Origin: an uncultured Alphaproteobacteria bacterium | Lineage (GTDB): Bacteria; Pseudomonadota; Alphaproteobacteria; Rhodobacterales; Rhodobacteraceae | NCBI GenBank assembly: GCA_929200295.1 | Contig: CAKMZE010000001.1 | Span: 9,808 to 46,529 of the forward strand | DNA length: 36,722 bases | Direction: 5' to 3' | Part shown: in pieces, positions 1-9,566 of the stretch | Position numbering within the stretch: position 1 is the stretch's first letter | Layout: every line of letters begins with the position of its first letter | The notes under the pieces: model-generated | The model's database searches: none | Seen by the model: only the letters and a program-made list of their open reading frames with translations | What the model was told of the DNA's origin: nothing | Made by a program: the position numbers and the translations under genes

Positions 1-957
1 GGGATAGGGGGCGGGCCCCCAGTCACAGTCAATCGCGTTAACGGCTTGGATGGCGCGCCAGGTGTTATCGGCGATCACCGCAACGCCGTCTTTGACGGGG
101 ACGATTTGTTGCACACCGCGCATGGTTTCTGCGGTGGATGCATCATAACTGTTTAGCGTGCCACGGCGAGGGTTTACCCGCACAGCGGCATGCACCATGC
201 CATCAATCTGTTGATCAATGCCGTAGGTGAGTGTCCCTGTAGATTTCGCAACGATGTCTGTGCGCTGCATTGGCTTACCGATTAGGCGCCACGTGCTTGG
301 GTCGCGAAGCGTCACCTCGGTCACGGGGGCAATATTTGCGGCATCCGCGGCGAGCTGTGTGTAAGCGATCTGTGTCCCATCGGGCAGCTCAACCGCGCCA
401 TTGGCGGTTTTCAGATTGGCAACGTCAACGCCTGCCTTTGCGGCGGCGGCTTGCTTAAGCGTTTCGCGTGCGACAGCGCCAGCGGTGCGGAGCTTGTCAA
501 ACGAGTCTGGCATTGAGGATGATCCACCCGTGCCTTGCATGCCCAGGACTTTTACAACGCCACCGGCGATGCGCCGGGCGACCTGCGCGCCTGTGCTTTC
601 GTCAAATGACATGAAAGGCACCATTTCTGCGGCAAGCGCTGTGTTGTAATAGGCGGCACTTGGCACACCAAAAGACAGTGTCACCTGATCTAGCTCAACA
701 TCCAGCTCTTCTGCGATGAGAGCGGCTTGCGAGGATTGTACGCCTTGCCCCTTATCTGCATGCGGCACAATCAGAGTGATCGCATCGCCCGTGATTTTGA
801 CAAAGGGGTTAAACGTCGCCTCACCATCCTGAAGATCGCTGAGAAGCGGGTTATCATGCGGGCGGCTGACGATGTAGCTGCCAAAGGCCACGCCACCAAT
901 AACGGCAGTAGACCCGATCAGAAAGGAGCGGCGTGTGATGGTGCGCAGGCGTCCCAT
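1..957 (-). CDS. Xanthine dehydrogenase-family molybdopterin-binding subunit (isoquinoline 1-oxidoreductase beta-like), 3' end outside window
   Basis: Not in the ORF track. Manual translation from ATG at 957 gives MGRLRTITRRSFLIGSTAVIGGVAFG (twin-Arg/TM N-terminus), PHADKGQGV, LIAEELDV, TGGSSS and GVAVIADNTWRA, all typical of IorB. It lies 2 nt downstream of the 2Fe-2S subunit stop. Confidence 0.9.
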   Translation of the reverse strand, partial: MGRLRTITRRSFLIGSTAVIGGVAFGSYIVSRPHDNPLLSDLQDGEATFNPFVKITGDAITLIVPHADKGQGVQSSQAALIAEELDVELDQVTLSFGVPSAAYYNTALAAEMVPFMSFDESTGAQVARRIAGGVVKVLGMQGTGGSSSMPDSFDKLRTAGAVARETLKQAAAAKAGVDVANLKTANGAVELPDGTQIAYTQLAADAANIAPVTEVTLRDPSTWRLIGKPMQRTDIVAKSTGTLTYGIDQQIDGMVHAAVRVNPRRGTLNSYDASTAETMRGVQQIVPVKDGVAVIADNTWRAIQAVNAIDCDWGPAPYP

Positions 958-959
958 GC

Positions 960-1421
960 TTATGTCTCCTTTAACGTTGCGGCGGCGGTTTTGATCGCGG
1001 CACGAATACGCGGGTAGGTGCCGCAGCGGCAAAGATTGCCGCTCATCACCATGTCGATATCGGTGTCGCTAGGGTCAGGGTTGTTATCGAGAAGCGATGC
1101 GGCTTGCATGATCTGCCCAGATTGGCAGTAGCCACATTGCGCGACCTGATGATTGACCCAAGCCTGCTGCACAGCATGCATCGCATCTGGTGTGCCTAAC
1201 CCCTCGACTGTGACAACATCAGCGCCATCGGCTGATCCGGCAGAAACCTGACAGCTGCGCACGGCCACCCCATCCATGTGAACAGTGCAAGCACCGCATT
1301 GCGCGATACCACAGCCATATTTGACGCCTGTTATGCCAAGCTCATCACGCAATACCCATAGCAGGGGCATGTCGTCTTCGACATCGACTGTATGAGATTG
1401 GCCGTTTACGGTAAGCTGCAT
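960..1421 (-). CDS. (2Fe-2S)-binding small subunit (IorA/CoxS-like)
   Basis: [24 protein letters not shown] and NLCRCGTY motifs. Start moved to MQLTVNG (ATG 1421), which has AGGAG upstream. Confidence 0.93.
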   Translation of the reverse strand: MQLTVNGQSHTVDVEDDMPLLWVLRDELGITGVKYGCGIAQCGACTVHMDGVAVRSCQVSAGSADGADVVTVEGLGTPDAMHAVQQAWVNHQVAQCGYCQSGQIMQAASLLDNNPDPSDTDIDMVMSGNLCRCGTYPRIRAAIKTAAATLKET

Positions 1422-1443
1422 GGAGATGCTCCTAATATACCGA

Positions 1444-1468
1444 TGGACATTTTCGATAAATATGTCCA
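1444..1468. promoter_or_regulatory. Inverted repeat TGGACAT-N11-ATGTCCA, probable TetR operator
   Basis: 7-bp perfect arms (9 of 10 when extended) in the short divergent region between iorA and the TetR gene. Confidence 0.6.
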
Positions 1469-1507
1469 AATTACTCACCAAGGTCAAGACGAAGATATGT
1501 GAATGTG

Positions 1508-2071
1508 ATGCAAGACGCCCGTGATCAATCTATACTTGCGGCAGCGATGCGGCAATTTTCGCGCTATGGCGTTGGTAAAACCACAATGCATGACATTGCC
1601 AAAGAGGCCGGCGTCGCGCGACAGACGCTTTATAATTTGTATCCCGGTAAAAACGAGATTTTGCGCGGTGCGGTGCGCATGTCTATTGCGCAGACGTTTT
1701 CCTTGACCGAGGCCGCATGGGAAACTGAAACAACATTAGACGGAAAGATCGAGCAGTTTTTTCTGCACGGCCCGCTGCATTGGTATGATGTGATCCAATC
1801 AACCCCGGATGTGGCCGAGCTGATTGATGGGATGAACGCTGTGGCTGCGGATGAATTGGCGCAAGCCCGGGCGAAATGGGGCGCGAAGTTTTCGAATTTG
1901 ATCACGGCGCATACGTCATACAAGGGCGATCATGACGCGCTTGGCGCCTATATTTATGCGATGGCTTTGAATGCGAAATATGGCGCCCCAGACCGGGAAA
2001 CCGTTATGTCGCGGCTTGCTCTTTTGAAAGCATCGGTGCTGGCTTTGACCGCATCAGAAATTAAGGATTGA
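1508..2071 (+). CDS. TetR/AcrR family transcriptional regulator
   Basis: N-terminal [35 protein letters not shown]. Start is ATG 1508 or GTG 1499/1505. Confidence 0.92.
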   Translation: MQDARDQSILAAAMRQFSRYGVGKTTMHDIAKEAGVARQTLYNLYPGKNEILRGAVRMSIAQTFSLTEAAWETETTLDGKIEQFFLHGPLHWYDVIQSTPDVAELIDGMNAVAADELAQARAKWGAKFSNLITAHTSYKGDHDALGAYIYAMALNAKYGAPDRETVMSRLALLKASVLALTASEIKD

Positions 2072-2081
2072 TTAAGGATTG
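2060..2081 (+). repeat. 11-bp tandem duplication ATTAAGGATTG x2
   Basis: Exact tandem repeat overlapping the TetR stop codon. Confidence 0.85.
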
Positions 2082-2221
2082 ACGCATATTTCGCATTAAG
2101 ATGGTGAATTATGCGGGAATTGTATGTATCTTTGCTAGATTTGTATTTGCGCGAGGTGCACTGTATATTCCACTTTAACTGCACAGACGAAAACGAATCT
2201 GTGATTTCTGGGAGGAATAAC

Positions 2222-3505
2222 ATGAAATCTCTACGTAACACGGCACTCGGCCTTGCGCTTGGTGTTGTAGGTGCTTCTGCTGCATCAGCAGAATCGCTGA
2301 CAATTGCGATCGTGAACAACGGTCACATGATCAACATGCAATCAGTTGCAGAAGCTTACACCGCAGAGACAGGTGTTGAGCTGAACTGGGTTGCACTGGA
2401 AGAAGGCGTTCTGCGCGAGCAGGTTACTTCTGACACAGCAACTGGTGGTGGTCAGTACGACATCATCAACATCGGCATGCAAGAAGCTCCAATCTGGGGT
2501 GCTGCTGGTTGGATCGAGCCACTTGAGTTCGGTGCTGATTACGACGTCAACGACATTCTGCCAGCGATGCGCGCAGGTCTGAGCCATGAGGGCACGCTTT
2601 ATGCAGCGCCTTTCTATGGTGAGTCATCAATGGTTATGTACCGCAAGGATCTTACAGATGCTGCTGGTGTCACAATCAAAGACAACGACAGCTGGGCACG
2701 CGTTATGCAAGCTGCTGCTGCAATGCACGACCCTGACAACGGCGTATACGGTGCATGTCTCCGTGGTAAGCCAGGCTGGGGTGACAACATGGCGTTCATC
2801 ACAACTGTTGTGAACTCTTTCGGTGGCGCATGGTTTGACGCAGACGGCCGTCCTCAGTTGGACAGCCCAATGTGGAACCAGGCTGTTAACTTCTACGTTG
2901 ACCTGCTTGGCAACTACGGCCCTCCAGGCTCAGAAGGCAACTCATTCAACGAGATCCTCGCGCTTTACAACGAAGACAAGTGTGGTCTTTGGATTGATGC
3001 GACAATTGCTGCGTCATTCCTTGAGAATGACAATGTTGCATACGCTCAGTCACCAAATGCTGGTGTTGCTGCTGGTGCAAACTGGTTGTGGGCATGGGCA
3101 ATGGCCGTACCTGCAGGTTCACCTAACTCAGAAGCCGCTATGGACTTCATCGAGTGGGCGACATCTAAAGAGTACGTTCAGGCTGTAGGTAACCACCCTG
3201 ATTTCGGTTGGGGTTCTGTTCCAACTGGTCAGCGTGCATCTACATACGCAATCCCTGAGTTCAAAGCTGCTGCTGGCTTCGCTGCCGCTGAAATGGCTGC
3301 AATCGATTCTGCTGCACCAGCTGCATCAGACATCAAGCCATACGTAGGCGTTCAGTTCGCTGCGATCCCAGAATTCCCAGAGGTCGGCTCAGCCGTTGCT
3401 CAGGAAATGGCTGCGGCACTTTCAGGTGCAAAATCTGTTGAAGACGCATTGGCCGCTGCACAAGCAGCTGCAGATGCAATCATGTCAGAAGCTGGTTACT
3501 ACTAA
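2222..3505 (+). CDS. smoE: Polyol (sorbitol/mannitol/arabitol) ABC transporter substrate-binding protein, SmoE/MtlE-like
   Basis: Signal peptide MKSLRNTALGLALG..ASA; motifs LYAAPFYGESSMVMYRKDL, CLRGKPGWGDNMA and PYVGVQFAAIPEF; RBS GGAGG before ATG 2222. Confidence 0.88.
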   Translation: MKSLRNTALGLALGVVGASAASAESLTIAIVNNGHMINMQSVAEAYTAETGVELNWVALEEGVLREQVTSDTATGGGQYDIINIGMQEAPIWGAAGWIEPLEFGADYDVNDILPAMRAGLSHEGTLYAAPFYGESSMVMYRKDLTDAAGVTIKDNDSWARVMQAAAAMHDPDNGVYGACLRGKPGWGDNMAFITTVVNSFGGAWFDADGRPQLDSPMWNQAVNFYVDLLGNYGPPGSEGNSFNEILALYNEDKCGLWIDATIAASFLENDNVAYAQSPNAGVAAGANWLWAWAMAVPAGSPNSEAAMDFIEWATSKEYVQAVGNHPDFGWGSVPTGQRASTYAIPEFKAAAGFAAAEMAAIDSAAPAASDIKPYVGVQFAAIPEFPEVGSAVAQEMAAALSGAKSVEDALAAAQAAADAIMSEAGYY

Positions 3506-3527
3506 TCGGTCTTACGACATAAAATTT

Positions 3528-3559
3528 CCCGGCAGGTCATCAGGCCTGCCGGGTCTTTT
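3528..3559 (+). terminator. Hairpin/intrinsic terminator after the binding-protein gene
   Basis: CCCGGCAGG-N8-CCTGCCGGG followed by TCTTTT. Confidence 0.7.
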
Positions 3560-3660
3560 CCCGAGATAATTAATATGATCATGTGATCATTACCGTCTTG
3601 GGTCGCTGCCCATTCGCCACGTTTACGAAGATCACCGCCTTGCAAGAGGGTTCGAAAGTT

Positions 3661-4602
3661 ATGTCAAAAAGAACGCTACCTCGCCTGCTTCAAACACCAG
3701 CTGTCATTTTGCTGCTGATTTGGATGCTGGTCCCTCTGAGCATGACGCTGTACTTTTCATTCATTCGCTATGTGCTTAATAACTTGCGCCGCCCTGAATG
3801 GACCACGCCTAGCTTTAGCAATTGGCGCGGCTTTGGGAATTACGAATACGTTTTGTACAAGGCCAAGGACTTTTGGTTCGCGGTAAATAACAGTCTCTTT
3901 ATTGTTTGTAGCATTATTATCCTCACGGTTATTCTTGGCCTCGCCATCGCGATGCTGGTAAACCGGACGTTCCCAGGACGCGGCATTGTTCGGGTGCTTT
4001 TGATTTCTCCGTTCTTTGTCATGCCTGCGGTGAACGCGGTTTTGTGGATCAATATGATCTTAGATCCTGTGCTTGGCCTGAATGGTATCGCAGTTGTTGG
4101 GATCAACGAGCTTATCGCCGGGCTGCGCGATTTCCCGGTTCTTGGGGCGTTCTTTTCGCTCTGGCCAGAGCTAACGCCGATCTCATTCCGGGCCACGCAG
4201 ACGTCCGCTTATGCCGTGATCATTATGGTCACCTGGCAGTGGACACCATTTGCGGTGCTGATCTTTATGACCTCTCTTCAGTCCGAAGATGAGCAGCAAA
4301 AAGAGGCGGCTATTCTTGATGGCGCTGGCGCATGGTCGCAATTTCGCAATCTGACATTGCCGCATTTGGCGCGCCCGATCTCAATCGTTGTGATGATCCA
4401 AGCGATCCTGCATCTGTCGCTATATGCTGAGATTGAGATCGTCAGCCGTGGTAACGGCAACAAAAACTTGCCCTATCTGATTGGGGAATTCACCACGAAT
4501 AATATTGGCGCAGCAAGTGCCGCCGGTATCTTTGCAGTTATCCTTGCTAACATCGTCGCAATCTTTTTGCTGCGCATGGTTGGCAAGAGCTTGATGGATT
4601 AG
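3661..4602 (+). CDS. smoF: Carbohydrate ABC transporter permease (SmoF/MtlF-like)
   Basis: Multiple TM segments; EAA loop EQQKEAAILDGAGAW; WQWTPFA. Start moved to ATG 3661. Confidence 0.88.
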   Translation: MSKRTLPRLLQTPAVILLLIWMLVPLSMTLYFSFIRYVLNNLRRPEWTTPSFSNWRGFGNYEYVLYKAKDFWFAVNNSLFIVCSIIILTVILGLAIAMLVNRTFPGRGIVRVLLISPFFVMPAVNAVLWINMILDPVLGLNGIAVVGINELIAGLRDFPVLGAFFSLWPELTPISFRATQTSAYAVIIMVTWQWTPFAVLIFMTSLQSEDEQQKEAAILDGAGAWSQFRNLTLPHLARPISIVVMIQAILHLSLYAEIEIVSRGNGNKNLPYLIGEFTTNNIGAASAAGIFAVILANIVAIFLLRMVGKSLMD

Positions 4603-4612
4603 GACCAAACAC

Positions 4613-5449
4613 ATGGCGGCAGTGACCGAACAATCAAGATTTGGCCAGGTGATATGGCCTGTCATCGCGTGGATCGTGGCGTTGATCTTTTTCTTTCCGA
4701 TTTTTTGGATGGTTTTTACCAGCTTCAAAACGGATGCAGATGCTGTGAAGCCTGAACATCTGTTCTTCTTTACGCCGACGCTCGAGAATTACACCAATAT
4801 GACGGAAAACTATGACTATTGGCGCTTTGCGATCAATTCGGTAATCACATCCACCTTTGCGACGGCGTTTTCATTGTTCGTTGGGGTGCCCGCAGCCTAT
4901 GCGATGTCATTTACCCCCAGCCGCCATACCAAGGATATCTTGCTCTGGATGCTCTCGACCAAGATGCTGCCAGCGGCGGCGGTTCTCTACCCAATGACGT
5001 TCTTGACCAAGAATTTTCTGAACATCTACGATACGCATTTCCTTGTGATTTTGGTGCTGTGCTTGGTGAACCTACCAATCGTGATTTGGATGCTCTTTAC
5101 ATACTTCAAAGAGATCCCAAAAGAGATCATCGAAGCGGGCAAGATGGACGGTGTCAGCACATGGGGTGAGATTAAGGATATCCTGATCCCATTGGCGTGG
5201 GGTGGGGTCGCGTCTACCGCGCTCTTGTGCTTTATCTTCTGCTGGAACGAGGCGTATTGGACCGTGCGTCTGACAACGACAGATGCCGCGACTTTGTCAA
5301 AGCTGATCGAAGGCAACCGTGCGCCTGAGGGCCTGTTCTTTGGTCGCTTGTCTGCGGTGTCGACCGCTGCGGTTGGACCGATTGTTGTCTTGGGGTGGTT
5401 CTGTCAAAAGCAGCTTGTTCAGGGTCTTACATTCGGAGCGGTCAAGTGA
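4613..5449 (+). CDS. smoG: Carbohydrate ABC transporter permease (SmoG/MtlG-like)
   Basis: EIIEAGKMDG EAA loop, LLWMLSTKMLP and C-terminal QKQLVQGLTFGAVK. Confidence 0.88.
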   Translation: MAAVTEQSRFGQVIWPVIAWIVALIFFFPIFWMVFTSFKTDADAVKPEHLFFFTPTLENYTNMTENYDYWRFAINSVITSTFATAFSLFVGVPAAYAMSFTPSRHTKDILLWMLSTKMLPAAAVLYPMTFLTKNFLNIYDTHFLVILVLCLVNLPIVIWMLFTYFKEIPKEIIEAGKMDGVSTWGEIKDILIPLAWGGVASTALLCFIFCWNEAYWTVRLTTTDAATLSKLIEGNRAPEGLFFGRLSAVSTAAVGPIVVLGWFCQKQLVQGLTFGAVK

Positions 5450-6210
5450 CACTGAACGCGGCACCAACAGATTTGACGGGCAAAACTGTCTTAGTCACCG
5501 GTGCCGCTGGGGGTATTGGCCAAAGTGCTGTGGCGCATTTCGCAGCCCTTGGGGCTACTGTTTATGCCACGGATATTGCCGCCGATTTTTCAGGACCTGC
5601 AACATATCAACAGTTTGATTTGCTGGATGATGATGGGCTAAGTGCCTGTGTTGACTGGATCAGCGAAATCGCACCTGATATCCTGTTTAATAACGCCGCC
5701 ATCTTTGACATGGGAAGCATATTAGACGGCGGCGATCTAGCGCAGATGGACCGGTTGTTTGGGGTGAATGTGCGCGGGTTCTACGCTGTGATGCAGGCTA
5801 CGGCAAAAGCAATGGTCGCCAAAGCATCGCCCGGCTCAATCATTAATCTTGCTTCACAAGCTGGCCACCGTGGTGAGGCGCTTGTTGCGCATTACTGTGC
5901 AACCAAGGCGGCCGTTATCAGCTACACGCAATCGGCGGCGCTCGCTTTGGCGCCACATAATATCCGGGTTAACGCCATCAGCCCCGGTGTGATCGACACA
6001 CCGATGTGGGAAACGGTTGATGCGCTTTTTGCCAAGTTTGAAAACAAAGCCCCCGGCCAGAAAAAACGCGAAGTTGGCCGCGCAGTTCCGCTTGGCGCTA
6101 TGGGTACGCCAGATGATGTGGCGCGGGCTGCGGTGTTTCTTGCCTCTGATCAATCCGCCTACATGACGGCGCAAACCATCGGTGTCGATGGTGGAAATGT
6201 GCTGAGGTAA
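5446..6210 (+). CDS. SDR-family sorbitol/L-iditol dehydrogenase (SmoS/PolS-like)
   Basis: TGAAGGIG, NNAA, ASQAGHRGEALVAHYCATKAAVIS (YxxxK) and DTPMW..VDALFA. GTG start overlaps the smoG stop (GTGA). Confidence 0.82.
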   Translation: MTLNAAPTDLTGKTVLVTGAAGGIGQSAVAHFAALGATVYATDIAADFSGPATYQQFDLLDDDGLSACVDWISEIAPDILFNNAAIFDMGSILDGGDLAQMDRLFGVNVRGFYAVMQATAKAMVAKASPGSIINLASQAGHRGEALVAHYCATKAAVISYTQSAALALAPHNIRVNAISPGVIDTPMWETVDALFAKFENKAPGQKKREVGRAVPLGAMGTPDDVARAAVFLASDQSAYMTAQTIGVDGGNVLR

Positions 6211-6213
6211 CCC

Positions 6214-7107
6214 ATGTCAATTATCGCCCCAGAAATTGAAATGGTTGACCGTAGCACACGGTCTATTCGTTATCTCGAGCACGGCTGGCCCACAGATCTT
6301 TGTCGCTGGCACGCACATGAAGAATACGAGCTGCATTTGATCGTGGAAACACGCGGTAAGGCGTTTGTTGGCGATTACATCGGTGATTTCAAAGCGGGAG
6401 ATCTGTTTATGACGGGGCCCAATCTGCCGCACAATTGGGTGACAGACCATGTGTGGACGACGCCTGTGGATGTGCGTGATATGCTTGTGCAATTCAGCCA
6501 TGAAAGCGTTGAAAAGCTCGCCCATGGGTTCCCTGAGTTTTCACAGGTTCTAGGGCTTTTGAACCTCGCGCAATCGGGCATTGTGTTTGAGGGGTTTAAC
6601 CCAACATTCGCACGCGGGCATATGGAAGCGATCCGTGATAACAAGGGCGCAGAGCGTATCCTTGCCTTTATCCGGTTTCTCGTGCGCTTAAACGAGCACG
6701 CTGAAAAGAAGGTTCTATCAGCGGCCAAACTGGTTCAGCTCAAGGGTGGCAATAAGCAAGCCCGGATCGCAGATGTCGTGGACTATGTGGTTAAGAATTT
6801 CAAAGAAGATATCTCGGTGACGCAGGCCTCAGAAATGGCTGGCATGACCCAAGTGACATTTGGCCGGAATTTCCAGGCTGTAACAGGCCACGGTTTTGTA
6901 GAGTTTCTTAATCGTATTCGGATAGGGCAGGCCTGTGGAATGTTATATGCGTCTGACGATCAAATTACATATATCTCGCAAGAAGCGGGTTTTAAAAATC
7001 TGGCAAATTTCAACCGCCATTTTCTGAAAATCAAGGGCATGACCCCCTCTGAATATCGCGAAACAGCCCGCAAAGATCTTGCGCCTACGCTTGAGGCAGC
7101 GTCATGA
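6214..7107 (+). CDS. AraC family regulator with N-terminal cupin domain, MtlR-like
   Basis: RWHAHEEYELHLIV..GDYIG..GPNLPHNW cupin and C-terminal GFKNLANFNRHFLKIKGMTPSEYR. Confidence 0.88.
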   Translation: MSIIAPEIEMVDRSTRSIRYLEHGWPTDLCRWHAHEEYELHLIVETRGKAFVGDYIGDFKAGDLFMTGPNLPHNWVTDHVWTTPVDVRDMLVQFSHESVEKLAHGFPEFSQVLGLLNLAQSGIVFEGFNPTFARGHMEAIRDNKGAERILAFIRFLVRLNEHAEKKVLSAAKLVQLKGGNKQARIADVVDYVVKNFKEDISVTQASEMAGMTQVTFGRNFQAVTGHGFVEFLNRIRIGQACGMLYASDDQITYISQEAGFKNLANFNRHFLKIKGMTPSEYRETARKDLAPTLEAAS

Positions 7108-8525
7108 ATACACAACATTCCTCTCCGATTGATAGTACCAAATATGATCGTGCATCCTGCACTATTGGTGTGGTTCATCTTGGCTTTGGTGCGTTTCATC
7201 GGGCGCATCAGGCGGTTTATCTTGATGATTACATGCAGGCCTCTGGTGATCTGAATTGGGGGATTGCTGCGGTTAATTTGCGTGGGTCAGAGGCTGCGCA
7301 ATTTGCAGCTGCGGCAGCCGATACAGAGCGCCATGATGGATATTTCCTCAAATCCTATTCGGCAGATGGCCAGGTGGCCTTGCGCCGTGTGCGCAGCCAT
7401 GTGCAATTTTCGGATTGGAGCGCGGATCAAACCGCGGCTGAGGCGCTTTTGGCGCGCCCGGGTATTGAACTGGTGACAATCACGGTGACCGAAAGCGGCT
7501 ATTACACAGATGCAAATGGCGCGTTGAACACAGATGATCCGATTATCAAAGCCGAATTGAATAACAGCCAAAAGCAAAGCGTCTACAGCTATCTGCGCGC
7601 AGCGCTGCAAATGCGGTTTGCACAAACCGCCGCGCCGCTGACAATTGCGTGCTGTGATAATATCCGCCAGAACGGCAAAATGTTGCATCGCAATCTGCGT
7701 GCGTATCTTATGGCCTGCGGTGATCAAGCGCTTGTTGAGTGGATGGATGCGCATGTCGCCTTTCCTTGCTCGATGGTTGATCGCATCACACCGCGCAGCC
7801 CAGACAGCCTAGGCCCCGCAATCGCGTCATTGGTGGGCAAAGATGTGACGTCCCCGATCATGGCCGAGGATTTTATCCAATGGGTGCTCGAGGATAAATC
7901 AAAGGGTGCGATGCCCGACCTTGCGCAGGTGGGCGTGATCGTGACCCCTGATGTGGATCCCTATGAAGAAACCAAAATTCGGGTGCTCAATGGTGGGCAT
8001 ACGGCGCTCGCTTATATGGCGGCATTAAAGGGGATTGAAACCTTTGACGCAGCGATGCGTGACCCGGCGCTTAAAGATCATTTCCAGCGTTTTGAGGCCG
8101 AAGAAGTGCTGCCCGCAATCGCAATCGATTTGCCATTTTCAAAGCAAGACTATGTAGCCCAGATCACAGCACGCTTTGGCAATGAGGCGATTGGCGATAC
8201 GGTCGCGCGGATTTGCGCGGATGGCATGGCCAAGTTTCCGATCTTTATTCGCCCCACGCTCGCGGGCTGTCTTGAGCAGGGCATTATGCCTGTCCATGCG
8301 ATCCGCAGCATCGCGAGCTGGCACGTCTTTGCACAGCATGTGCAAGCGGGCAAAATCCCGTTTGATTACGTTGAACCCGGTTGGGCAGATTTATCTGCGA
8401 TGCTGGGAACAGATGCGTTTTTAACAAGCACACAGCTTTGGGGTGATCTACCCAAAGCATATCCTAAATTCGTCGACACCTTGCGACAGACAATTACTGA
8501 ATTGGAGGCAAAATGGCCGGTTTAA
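7104..8525 (+). CDS. Mannitol dehydrogenase-family long-chain polyol dehydrogenase, most similar in motifs to D-arabinitol 4-dehydrogenase
   Basis: HLGFGAFHRAHQA, TVTESGYY, CDNIRQNG, SMVDRITPR, PYEETKIRVLNGGH. The family is certain; substrate is inferred. Confidence 0.85.
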   Translation: MNTQHSSPIDSTKYDRASCTIGVVHLGFGAFHRAHQAVYLDDYMQASGDLNWGIAAVNLRGSEAAQFAAAAADTERHDGYFLKSYSADGQVALRRVRSHVQFSDWSADQTAAEALLARPGIELVTITVTESGYYTDANGALNTDDPIIKAELNNSQKQSVYSYLRAALQMRFAQTAAPLTIACCDNIRQNGKMLHRNLRAYLMACGDQALVEWMDAHVAFPCSMVDRITPRSPDSLGPAIASLVGKDVTSPIMAEDFIQWVLEDKSKGAMPDLAQVGVIVTPDVDPYEETKIRVLNGGHTALAYMAALKGIETFDAAMRDPALKDHFQRFEAEEVLPAIAIDLPFSKQDYVAQITARFGNEAIGDTVARICADGMAKFPIFIRPTLAGCLEQGIMPVHAIRSIASWHVFAQHVQAGKIPFDYVEPGWADLSAMLGTDAFLTSTQLWGDLPKAYPKFVDTLRQTITELEAKWPV

Positions 8526-9547
8526 CTCTACGCGATGTGCGTAAAAGCTATGGCGCAACGCAGGTTATGCATGGCGTTGATCTTGATATTGAAGATGGCG
8601 AATTCGTCGTGTTCGTTGGCCCGTCGGGTTGCGGTAAATCGACCCTCTTGCGGATGATCGCGGGGTTAGAGGAAATCTCTGACGGTGATGTGATGATCGG
8701 GGATGAACGGGTCAATGAGGTTGCCGCTTCAAAGCGCGGCGTGGCGATGGTGTTCCAGACCTATGCGCTTTACCCGCATATGACAGTTTATAAAAACATG
8801 GCTTTCGGCCTGAAACAGGCCAAGACAGATCCGGCAGAAATTGACCGCCGCGTAAAAGCCGCGGCTGAGATTTTGCAGATCACGGATTATCTTGATCGGA
8901 GCCCGCGTAATCTTTCTGGTGGTCAGCGCCAGCGGGTGGCGATTGGCCGTGCGATTGTGCGTGATCCAAAGGTGTTTTTGTTCGATGAGCCGCTGTCAAA
9001 CCTAGACGCAGCACTGCGCGTGCAGACACGTCTTGAGATTGCGCGCCTGCACGAGCGGCTAGAGACAACAATGATCTACGTGACCCACGATCAGGTCGAA
9101 GCGATGACGCTTGCCGATAAAATCGTGGTGCTGCGCGATGGCCGGATTGAGCAGGTGGGCTCGCCTATCACGCTTTATGATAAGCCGGAAAATGCCTTTG
9201 TTGCGCAGTTTATTGGTAGCCCAAAGATGAATTTCTTTAAGCCATCCGATCTGACGGAAGCGGCCGGCACGCACCTAGGGCGCGCGCTCAGCGCGGATGA
9301 AAATGTGGGCTTGCGGCCTGAACATCTGGTCCCGGCAACGGGTGCAAAAGCCGTGGTAGAAGGCAGCCTTGAGCTGGTTGAAAACCTCGGGGAATATGCG
9401 CTTGTGCATATGATCACAGCCTCTGGCGTTGAATTTATCGCCAAAACGGAAAAGCCACCAAAGCAAGCCAAAGGCGAGAGCATCGGCTTTTCGATCAAAC
9501 CAGCGCTCGCACATTACTTTGACGCAGAAAGCGGCCTGCGCCGCTGA
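8513..9547 (+). CDS. smoK: Sugar ABC transporter ATP-binding protein (MalK/SmoK-like)
   Basis: GPSGCGKST, LSGGQRQRVAIGRA, DEPLSNLD, YVTHDQVEAMT and a C-terminal TOBE-like region. Confidence 0.9.
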   Translation: MAGLTLRDVRKSYGATQVMHGVDLDIEDGEFVVFVGPSGCGKSTLLRMIAGLEEISDGDVMIGDERVNEVAASKRGVAMVFQTYALYPHMTVYKNMAFGLKQAKTDPAEIDRRVKAAAEILQITDYLDRSPRNLSGGQRQRVAIGRAIVRDPKVFLFDEPLSNLDAALRVQTRLEIARLHERLETTMIYVTHDQVEAMTLADKIVVLRDGRIEQVGSPITLYDKPENAFVAQFIGSPKMNFFKPSDLTEAAGTHLGRALSADENVGLRPEHLVPATGAKAVVEGSLELVENLGEYALVHMITASGVEFIAKTEKPPKQAKGESIGFSIKPALAHYFDAESGLRR

Positions 9548-9566
9548 TCCTTTTACGCATTGCTAG

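Noticed and set aside
7-23. GGGGGCGGGCCCCCAGT resembling the G-rich repeat hairpin
   Set aside because: It lies in frame within iorB (encodes DWGPAP) and lacks the AT-rich tail; coincidental.
2111-2221. N-terminal extensions in the ORF track (also hslU, trxA, murU, the inositol SBP and others)
   Set aside because: Longest-ORF artefacts; the downstream ATGs have RBSs or overlap upstream stops and match family N-termini.
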